From the NCBI GenBank assembly GCA_000004985.1, contig GG739164.1: 5,345 bases of DNA. One strand, written 5' to 3'. Below, piece after piece: positions 1 to 5,293 of this stretch. Position 1 is the first letter of the stretch. Every line of letters begins with the position of its first letter. Below the pieces are notes generated by a model. It ran no database searches, was not told the DNA's origin, and saw only the letters and a program-made list of their open reading frames with translations. The position numbers were made by a program, and so were the translations under genes. This DNA comes from Naegleria gruberi. Its lineage: Eukaryota.

Positions 1-32
1 AGTTGGAGGTATGGTCAATCAAGTTATACAAT

Positions 33-427
33 TTACCAACAACATCCACTACCTCCTTCACTTTCGTTTGGTTCACTAGTTGAAATATTTACATTATCAG
101 TTGGCTTATTTCTGACTGGTTCAGTACTTTCGAGAAGATTAGTTGTGTTGAGTATTTGATAGACAACTTCCTCAAATGCCTTATCAACATTTTCCTTTGT
201 TTTGGCTGATGTTTCAATATAGACCATATTATTGGATTTGGCAAAGTTTTGAGCGTCTTGGAGTGAAACTTTTCTTTCTTCCTTCAAATCAATCTTGTTT
301 CCAATCAATAATTTTACACATTCCTCAAATGTTGAATATAAATCACATTCCTTAAGCCAATTCTTAATATTATTAAATGTTTCCTCTCTAGTAACATCAT
401 AAACAAGAATTATTCCATGAGCATTTC
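33..427 (-). CDS. RAB18: Rab18-like exon 8 (terminal exon: (R)[92 protein letters not shown]...GGSGCCW, stop TAA at 33-35)
   Basis: The ORF track reports 33..308, but its initial 'M' is a TTG Leu codon. The reading frame stays open upstream to 427, where the acceptor TTTAG sits (plus 428-429). It contains the G4 NKxD motif (NKID), G5 ETSAK, the Rab YYR.A.G motif and a C-terminal di-cysteine prenylation motif. Confidence 0.9.
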
Positions 428-467
428 CTAAATATTTTGATTAAAATATAAATCTCAAAATACATAC

Positions 468-491
468 TATAATAACTTGATGTAAGAGTTC
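468..491 (-). CDS. RAB18: Rab18-like exon 7, 24-nt micro-exon ((R)TLTSSYY + first base of Arg)
   Basis: Reverse complement is GAACTCTTACATCAAGTTATTATA. The upstream intron carries TTCTAAC (branch-point-like) 12 nt before the acceptor AAG (plus 492-493). The donor is GTATGT (plus 462-467). The result is [17 protein letters not shown]. Confidence 0.8.
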
Positions 492-538
492 CTTAAATTT
501 TGTTAGAATTGATCAGTGAATTTTGGAAGCAAACTTAC

Positions 539-553
539 TAAATCTCTCTTGAC
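539..553 (-). CDS. RAB18: Rab18-like exon 6, 15-nt micro-exon ((G)QERF + first base of Arg)
   Basis: Reverse complement is GTCAAGAGAGATTTA. It is flanked by the acceptor AG (plus 554-555) and the donor GTAAGT (plus 533-538). It completes DTAG|QERF exactly. Confidence 0.8.
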
Positions 554-599
554 CTAATTCAATTCTTTAGAGAATTCTGTTTCTTATTTATACACTTAC

Positions 600-615
600 C
601 TGCAGTATCAAATAT
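600..615 (-). CDS. RAB18: Rab18-like exon 5, 16-nt micro-exon (IFDTA + first base of Gly)
   Basis: Reverse complement is ATATTTGATACTGCAG. It is preceded by AG (plus 616-617), with an in-frame TAA further upstream, and followed by the donor GTAAGT (plus 594-599). The split Gly codon G|GT is completed by exon 6, giving DTAGQERF. Confidence 0.8.
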
Positions 616-660
616 CTTTATCAATTATTTAGAAAAATTCAAATCTATTATTTTACCTAC

Positions 661-706
661 AGTCAATTTTACTTTCTTCCTATTTACATTCATAAATTTA
701 ACCTTG
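661..706 (-). CDS. RAB18: Rab18-like exon 4 ((F)[15 protein letters not shown])
   Basis: Reverse complement is C AAG GTT AAA TTT ATG AAT GTA AAT AGG AAG AAA GTA AAA TTG ACT. The acceptor AG is plus 707-708 and the donor is GTAGGT (plus 655-660 acctac). It supplies exactly 15 residues between TIGVDF and IFDTAG, matching the Rab spacing (K.K......K..KL.I.DTAG). Confidence 0.65.
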
Positions 707-770
707 CTATTTATAAAATCGTCATCATCATATTAAATCCAAATTCAATAATTATTCATTAAAAACATAC

Positions 771-841
771 AAATCCACACCAATTGTTGGCGACATTTGT
801 TCTTTAAACTCATCCTCAGTAAATTGTGTAATAATACTACT
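771..841 (-). CDS. RAB18: Rab18-like exon 3 ([23 protein letters not shown] + 2 nt of Phe codon)
   Basis: Reverse complement is AGTAGTATTATTACACAATTTACTGAGGATGAGTTTAAAGAACAAATGTCGCCAACAATTGGTGTGGATTT, followed by the donor GTATGT (plus 765-770 acatac). The switch-I TIGVD(F) motif is present, and the phase-2 end is completed to TTC by the first base of exon 4. Confidence 0.8.
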
Positions 842-884
842 CTATCGGAATTAATTATCTTCATCAATCTTTAAAAAAACAAAC

Positions 885-911
885 CTTTCCTGTGGCACTA
901 TCACCAACAAG
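885..911 (-). CDS. RAB18: Rab18-like exon 2, 27-nt micro-exon ([9 protein letters not shown]; P-loop first half)
   Basis: Reverse complement is CTTGTTGGTGATAGTGCCACAGGAAAG. The minus-strand acceptor AG is plus 912-913 (ct), and in-frame TAA TAG stops lie immediately upstream in that frame. The donor GTTTGT follows at plus 879-884 (acaaac). Joining to exon 3 gives GDSATGKSS, the G1/P-loop GxxxxGKS. Confidence 0.75.
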
Positions 912-950
912 CTATTAAATCCCGAACCGAACCAAACCAAAATAATCGAT

Positions 951-968
951 TCATCATCATCATCGTCG
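951..968. repeat. Trinucleotide microsatellite (TCA)4(TCG)2 inside Rab18 intron 1
   Basis: Direct reading: tcatcatcatcatcgtcg. Confidence 0.6.
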
Positions 969-1000
969 TTGCAAATACTCTAATAAATTGGAAAACTCAC

Positions 1001-1039
1001 CACAAGTTTGAAATTATGATCAAAAGCCTTTGAAGTCAT
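1001..1039 (-). CDS. RAB18: Rab18-like exon 1 ([13 protein letters not shown]), phase 0 end, donor GTGAGT on minus strand (plus 995-1000 actcac)
   Basis: Reverse complement of 1001-1039 is ATGACTTCAAAGGCTTTTGATCATAATTTCAAACTTGTG. An A-rich context precedes the ATG, with an in-frame stop 7 codons upstream. FKLV joins exon 2 LVGDS to give the Rab N-terminal FKLVLVGDS pattern. Confidence 0.75.
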
Positions 1040-1155
1040 TTTTTTATTTTTAGATTTCTATTAAGAAACACGTTTGCAGTTTTTATTTGAAAGTTCTTCC
1101 CAGTGTCCAAACAATCAATTGAATAATATTGAAAAGAAATTGAAGAATTGAATCG

Positions 1156-1161
1156 ATAGCA
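1156..1161 (-). promoter_or_regulatory. Putative polyadenylation signal AATAAA (tttatt on plus) 28-33 nt downstream of the ApoL-like stop codon
   Basis: Motif position relative to the stop at 1189-1191. Additional TTTATT copies lie at 1082-1087 and 1043-1048. Confidence 0.35.
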
Positions 1162-1188
1162 ATGGTTTATTTACAAAATTTAAAAAAA

Positions 1189-2259
1189 TCAATTCAAATT
1201 GCAACCAATTGCCTTGTTTGTTTGCACCTTAATTGAATGTAAAATTGGAGTTAATTTGGCAGTTAACTTGGATGGAACCTTTCCATTGGCCTTTTTTGAT
1301 TCATCCATCAATAATACCAAGTCAACTGGAATTGCAACTATTGGAATGGCACTTTTAATCATCAATCCTGTTAAACTCATAATACCTGTGTGGCCATTAG
1401 TCAATCCATCAGATTTATCCAAATCTTGATGCTTGTGGCCTGTCAGAGATTCAACAAATTGAAGAACGTTGACATTTCTATTACCAATTTTCATAACTCT
1501 ACTATCAATGTATGGATCAGTCAACCTTTGTTCATAAATCTTTCTAATCATTGCATTTACTGCTTGAGTATCCCTTTGTAAGAGTTCTTGAATGGACTTG
1601 GCTGATTTCTTGGCATGTTTCCATTCAGCAATTGATGCAGCAACTGTTGCTGTTGTTCCCACACCAACACAACCAATACCAGCACCTGAGGCAATTAATG
1701 AAACACCAAAAGTGAAAGGAGCAGCTACGATACCACCAAGAATCAAGGAAGCTCCAACAATATTGGTTTTTGTACCTTTCACTTTGGTCTTTGCTGTACT
1801 TTGTTGTTTCTTTTCTAATGATTGGATTAAATTGTCCAGCATTTTAATGATTTCCAATCGTTGGACAAGCCACTCATTTGCAGATTGTTCAATGACAGCA
1901 AATCCACAATTTGGATTATCAAAATTGGTACTTTCAAATGTTGGGGTTTGAGGAAGAATTACATTGGTCTGGAAATTTGTTTGTTGACCACCTTTTTCAT
2001 AGCTACTATTACTAGTTGTGGATTGAATTGGTTTAAAGTTGTTGGTTAGTTGTAATGGTTGGGGAGTTATTGGTTGTTGTACAAATTGAGGATTAGAAGT
2101 GATAACTGGAAAATATTGAGCGTTTGGTTGTGGATACATGTATTGAGGAGGATTAGGTGGGTAAAGTTGATATTCTGGTGGTTGATAATTCACTCCAGGT
2201 TCTGTAATGTTTGGTTGAGTAGAGAAATGTGGATATTGAGGAGAAACTTGTTGATGCAT
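1189..2259 (-). CDS. ApoL (apolipoprotein L)-like membrane protein, 356 aa, single exon. It has an N-terminal P/Q/Y-rich low-complexity region with PPxY motifs, a central ~45-residue Gly/Ala-rich hydrophobic hairpin, and a C-terminal amphipathic region
   Basis: The 1071-nt ORF is intact. The ATG at 2257-2259 is the first after an in-frame stop 10 codons upstream. The segments KVKGTKTNIVGASLILGGIVAAPFTFGVSLIASGAGIGCVGVGTTATVAASIAEWKHAKK and PVDLVLLMDESKKANGKVPS align, from memory, with human APOL1 [42 protein letters not shown]...TSSTMDYGKK and LDVVYLVYESKHLHEGAKSE. The N-terminus contains PPEY and PPQY. Confidence 0.8.
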   Translation of the reverse strand: MHQQVSPQYPHFSTQPNITEPGVNYQPPEYQLYPPNPPQYMYPQPNAQYFPVITSNPQFVQQPITPQPLQLTNNFKPIQSTTSNSSYEKGGQQTNFQTNVILPQTPTFESTNFDNPNCGFAVIEQSANEWLVQRLEIIKMLDNLIQSLEKKQQSTAKTKVKGTKTNIVGASLILGGIVAAPFTFGVSLIASGAGIGCVGVGTTATVAASIAEWKHAKKSAKSIQELLQRDTQAVNAMIRKIYEQRLTDPYIDSRVMKIGNRNVNVLQFVESLTGHKHQDLDKSDGLTNGHTGIMSLTGLMIKSAIPIVAIPVDLVLLMDESKKANGKVPSKLTAKLTPILHSIKVQTNKAIGCNLN

Positions 2260-2549
2260 TTTGTTTAAATTGTATTGAATAGAAAATAGATCATGAGTTT
2301 CTGATTTATTCTTTTCCTCAATTCCTTGTTTTGTTTCGAATTGAGGTACACCAATGTCAAATCTATAATTCGAAACCCGACTTCAATTTAGAAGGTTGAT
2401 TCTCGATTTCAAGGAGAAATAAATTTGAGCGCAAAACAACGACAGCCGATATCTCTTTCTAAAACTGCGAACTTCAAATTGTCCACATTTGACTTGCAAG
2501 AATCAATTATTGTTTCATCAACGTGCATGATCATTGCAATTCAGTTTTA

Positions 2550-2769
2550 TCACAAAATGTTAACAATTTCATATTCAATGCAATTATTTTCTTGTTTTAT
2601 TTTGTTCATTGTTGAACTAATTGATTTGATATTATGTACATTTGATTTTCTTTCTTTACTACCACTAATTATGTCAATAGTTTCAAATTCAGATAATAAA
2701 CCATGGTAGTTATTTATCTTATCAGTGATTGATTCTTGTTTGATGCATTCCACAGTGAATGTTGATTCG
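2550..2769 (-). CDS. Hypothetical ORF fragment (>=72 codons, ...ESTFTVECIKQESITDKINNYHGLLSEFETIDIISGSKERKSNVHNIKSISSTMNKIKQENNCIEYEIVNIL*) that runs out of the assembly gap. It may be the 3' end of a gene whose body lies in the gap
   Basis: The open frame continues from the stop at 2550-2552 up to the first N at 2770. The track 'M' at 2753 is a GTG. The product is hydrophilic. I recognise no domain. Confidence 0.2.
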
Positions 2770-3817
2770 NNNNNNNNNNNNNNNNNNNNNNNNNNNNNNN
2801 NNNNNNNNNNNNNNNNNNNNNNNNNNNNNNNNNNNNNNNNNNNNNNNNNNNNNNNNNNNNNNNNNNNNNNNNNNNNNNNNNNNNNNNNNNNNNNNNNNNN
2901 NNNNNNNNNNNNNNNNNNNNNNNNNNNNNNNNNNNNNNNNNNNNNNNNNNNNNNNNNNNNNNNNNNNNNNNNNNNNNNNNNNNNNNNNNNNNNNNNNNNN
3001 NNNNNNNNNNNNNNNNNNNNNNNNNNNNNNNNNNNNNNNNNNNNNNNNNNNNNNNNNNNNNNNNNNNNNNNNNNNNNNNNNNNNNNNNNNNNNNNNNNNN
3101 NNNNNNNNNNNNNNNNNNNNNNNNNNNNNNNNNNNNNNNNNNNNNNNNNNNNNNNNNNNNNNNNNNNNNNNNNNNNNNNNNNNNNNNNNNNNNNNNNNNN
3201 NNNNNNNNNNNNNNNNNNNNNNNNNNNNNNNNNNNNNNNNNNNNNNNNNNNNNNNNNNNNNNNNNNNNNNNNNNNNNNNNNNNNNNNNNNNNNNNNNNNN
3301 NNNNNNNNNNNNNNNNNNNNNNNNNNNNNNNNNNNNNNNNNNNNNNNNNNNNNNNNNNNNNNNNNNNNNNNNNNNNNNNNNNNNNNNNNNNNNNNNNNNN
3401 NNNNNNNNNNNNNNNNNNNNNNNNNNNNNNNNNNNNNNNNNNNNNNNNNNNNNNNNNNNNNNNNNNNNNNNNNNNNNNNNNNNNNNNNNNNNNNNNNNNN
3501 NNNNNNNNNNNNNNNNNNNNNNNNNNNNNNNNNNNNNNNNNNNNNNNNNNNNNNNNNNNNNNNNNNNNNNNNNNNNNNNNNNNNNNNNNNNNNNNNNNNN
3601 NNNNNNNNNNNNNNNNNNNNNNNNNNNNNNNNNNNNNNNNNNNNNNNNNNNNNNNNNNNNNNNNNNNNNNNNNNNNNNNNNNNNNNNNNNNNNNNNNNNN
3701 NNNNNNNNNNNNNNNNNNNNNNNNNNNNNNNNNNNNNNNNNNNNNNNNNNNNNNNNNNNNNNNNNNNNNNNNNNNNNNNNNNNNNNNNNNNNNNNNNNNN
3801 NNNNNNNNNNNNNNNNN
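2770..3817. other. Assembly gap, 1,048 consecutive N
   Basis: Direct count: 51 N on the line starting at 2761, 16 full lines of 60, and 37 N on the line starting at 3781. Confidence 1.
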
Positions 3818-3971
3818 ATCAGTTCAATCAAATTGAATATTGTAGATTTTCAAATCATAAACAGATGACAACTTTTGATTGAGCATTTTGATTCTGAAAT
3901 TAAATCACTTCTTTGTTGAAATTTCCAGCTTGTGATTTATTTTCCAATCTCCAATTTTTTTGAGTTTGACG

Positions 3972-4480
3972 ATGAAAAAAATACCTCAACAAGACCATCC
4001 TCCGGATACGGAAGGGAGTAATTTGCTTGCTGACAGGATTTTTGTGTTAGAGAGAGCAATTGAAACCTACCAAAAGGAAAACAATAATCTCCGTGACTAT
4101 CTTCAACAACTTGTAAATATATGTAATGGTCACCCGTTATTGAATAATAATAATAATAATCCCATCAAACCTGTAAATAATAATCTGATCAATACCCAAC
4201 CATCAGAAAATGAAAATCTATTTATTACTAGAAATCCAGTAAATGTTAGAAATCTACCAACTAGTAGAAATTTAATTAATGGTGGAAATTTCTTGACTGA
4301 GACAGTTCAAATATGCGATAGTAATCCTAAAAATAGAACTGTCAGTTATGCTGATATTACAAGATTAGCTCCTATTAAAGCTCAGCCATCTATTAAGAAA
4401 ACAATAGCAAAACAAAAATCAACAACTAATAAGATGAAAAGAAATATGGCAACTAATACTAGACCTAACAAACGTAAATC
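3972..4480 (+). CDS. 5' part of an N-rich uncharacterised protein gene (MKKIPQQDHPPDTEGSNLLADRIFVLERAIETYQKENNNLRDYLQQL...NNNNNN...KRKS), interrupted at 4480/4481 by a transposon. In the present sequence the frame reads 4 more codons into the element (RVY*) and stops at 4491-4493
   Basis: The first ATG is at 3972; the track start at 3960 is TTG, and an in-frame TGA lies at 3933-3935. There is a predicted coiled-coil-like N-terminus and a poly-Asn run. The frame continues after the element, see 4903..5293. Confidence 0.6.
4143..4160 (+). repeat. (AAT)6 microsatellite encoding poly-Asn within the CDS
   Basis: Direct reading: aataataataataataat. Confidence 0.9.
4473..4480. repeat. Target-site duplication, left copy (CGTAAATC)
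   Basis: An identical 8-mer sits immediately outside both terminal inverted repeats (4473-4480 and 4895-4902). Confidence 0.8.
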
Positions 4481-4500
4481 GAGAGTATATTAATATCCAA
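4481..4500. repeat. Left terminal inverted repeat of MITE
   Basis: gagagtatattaatatccaa, a perfect reverse complement of 4875-4894. Confidence 0.85.
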
Positions 4501-4874
4501 TATCTATCCCAAACCGCTTTTTTTGGATATGGCTTTTTAAAAAGGGCAATCTGGCTAAATTTTTACGGGCTTGGCTTTTTGGATAAATCTTGGATTGGAT
4601 AATATTATTTGAAAATGTGTCGTGTTTGAGCAATTGTCAACAAGGAATGCAGGCAAATCACTCTACGAATATTTATTAGATTATTATCAATACTAATTGC
4701 AATAAATCAACAATTTTTCGATATAAATTTGGAATAATTTATTTTTGAAATAATTCATTTTTTAGTGGAAATTTCTTGACTTATTTTTGGATTTAGGTTT
4801 TGGCTTTTTGGTTCAATTTGGCTTTTTGCCGATTTTTTATTCACCTATATCCAAAAACTGGTTTGGGATGGATT

Positions 4875-4894
4875 TTGGATATTAATATACTCTC
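4875..4894. repeat. Right terminal inverted repeat of MITE
   Basis: ttggatattaatatactctc. Confidence 0.85.
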
Positions 4895-4902
4895 CGTAAA
4901 TC
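4895..4902. repeat. Target-site duplication, right copy (CGTAAATC)
   Basis: Identical to 4473-4480. Confidence 0.8.
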
Positions 4903-5293
4903 TAATTACAATCTTAATCAAATAATTAATGTAATTTGCTACAAAGATGTTACTAACGAATTTGTTGAACAAATTACAGACCTACTCGGTGACTCTGTAA
5001 TCATTAGAGTTAATCGATACTGTAATAATATTATTAATGTAATTTGCCCTGATGAAACCAGTTATAAAGAGTGTTTCAATCAATTAGTGCAAGGAAGTCA
5101 TGGAGGAAAATTCATATTAGAATGCTTTCCATCTCCAGCAATCTTTAATCCTAAACCTTTAGCACTTTCACATACTACTTCCAGTAAAACTACTCACCTT
5201 AAAATGCTAGAAAACATTATTAGCAAATATATATTGGAAGATAATATTTCTGTTGAGGACTCTACACTAACTATTCTCATAACCAATTTATAA
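4903..5293 (+). CDS. 3' part of the same N-rich gene (NYNLNQIINVICYKDVTNEFVEQITDLLGDSVIIRVNRYCNNIINVICPDETSYKECFNQLVQGSHGGKFILECFPSPAIFNPKPLALSHTTSSKTTHLKMLENIISKYILEDNISVEDSTLTILITNL*). It is in frame with 3972..4480 once the element and one TSD copy (422 bp) are removed
   Basis: I translated 4901 onward by hand. There is no stop for 130 codons, up to TAA at 5291-5293. The frame (positions congruent to 2 mod 3) is exactly the one predicted from the upstream frame 0 plus a 422-bp insertion. The ORF track saw only its distal half, 5087..5293. Confidence 0.55.

Larger units (their letters stand above)
33..1039 (-). other. RAB18: Gene span of Rab18-like small GTPase (8 coding exons, 7 GT-AG introns; conceptual product ~210 aa: [127 protein letters not shown]...ETSAK...GCCW)
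   Basis: Manual reverse-complement translation. Every exon junction has GT (GTGAGT, GTTTGT, GTATGT, GTAGGT, GTAAGT, GTAAGT, GTATGT) and AG. The joined exons give uninterrupted Rab motifs. The [30 protein letters not shown]..NWL segment and TIGVDFKVK are closest to the Rab18 subfamily as I recall it. The ATG at 1039 is the first in-frame ATG after an in-frame TAG. Confidence 0.8.
4481..4894. mobile_element. 414-bp non-autonomous DNA transposon (MITE). It has 20-bp perfect TIRs (GAGAGTATATTAATATCCAA / TTGGATATTAATATACTCTC) that extend imperfectly to ~50 bp, an 8-bp TSD, and TTGGAT/TGGCTTTTTGG subterminal repeats. There is no coding capacity. The 8-bp TSD suggests the hAT, P or Merlin superfamily
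   Basis: The reverse complement of 4481-4500 equals 4875-4894 exactly. The extended arms, 4501-4530 tatctatcccaaaccgctttttttggatat versus the reverse complement of 4841-4874 aatccatcccaaaccagtttttggatatagg, are ~80% identical. The flanking 8-bp direct repeat is exact. Excising the element plus one TSD copy restores the host ORF frame. Confidence 0.85.

Noticed and set aside
33-308. Track annotation of the Rab C-terminal ORF as starting with Met at 308
   Set aside because: The codon at 306-308 is TTG (Leu), inside the NKIDL/LLIGNK region. The exon continues upstream to the acceptor at 427.
600-660. Alternative Rab gene model with the donor at GTAAAA (plus 651-656) after ...GACTGTAG
   Set aside because: It would place an in-frame TAG as the last codon of the exon. 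The GTAGGT donor three bases upstream gives the correct Rab spacing instead.
1199-2268. Five plus-strand ORFs (76, 63, 119, 62, 69 aa) from the track
   Set aside because: All lie antisense within the 356-aa minus-strand ApoL-like CDS. They are hydrophobic or low-complexity shadow frames with no motifs.
2380-2425. Possible tRNA-like T-loop (aggttgattctcgatttcaagg) in the ApoL-like upstream region
   Set aside because: There is no convincing acceptor stem, anticodon arm or GTTCGA(A/T)TC consensus. I dismissed it as chance.
2425-2709. Plus-strand 94-aa ORF (MSAKQRQPISLSK...)
   Set aside because: It is strongly hydrophobic and low-complexity (FSCFILFIVELIDLILCTFDFLSLLPLIMSIV), antisense to the minus-strand frame 2550..2769, and has no start context. 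It is probably not coding.
2722-3882. Three ~370-385-aa 'ORFs' consisting almost entirely of X
   Set aside because: They are artefacts of translating the 1,048-nt N run. Only the few real codons at the edges carry information.
3960-3971. Track start 'M' at 3960 for the N-rich gene
   Set aside because: It is a TTG codon. The first ATG is at 3972, and an in-frame TGA lies at 3933-3935.
4474-4946. Treating the 4474..4946 GTAAAT...AAG interval as a confirmed intron
   Set aside because: It is frame-preserving but one of several possibilities. Without transcript data, the exact-TSD excision model is better supported. I kept it only as an alternative within a finding.
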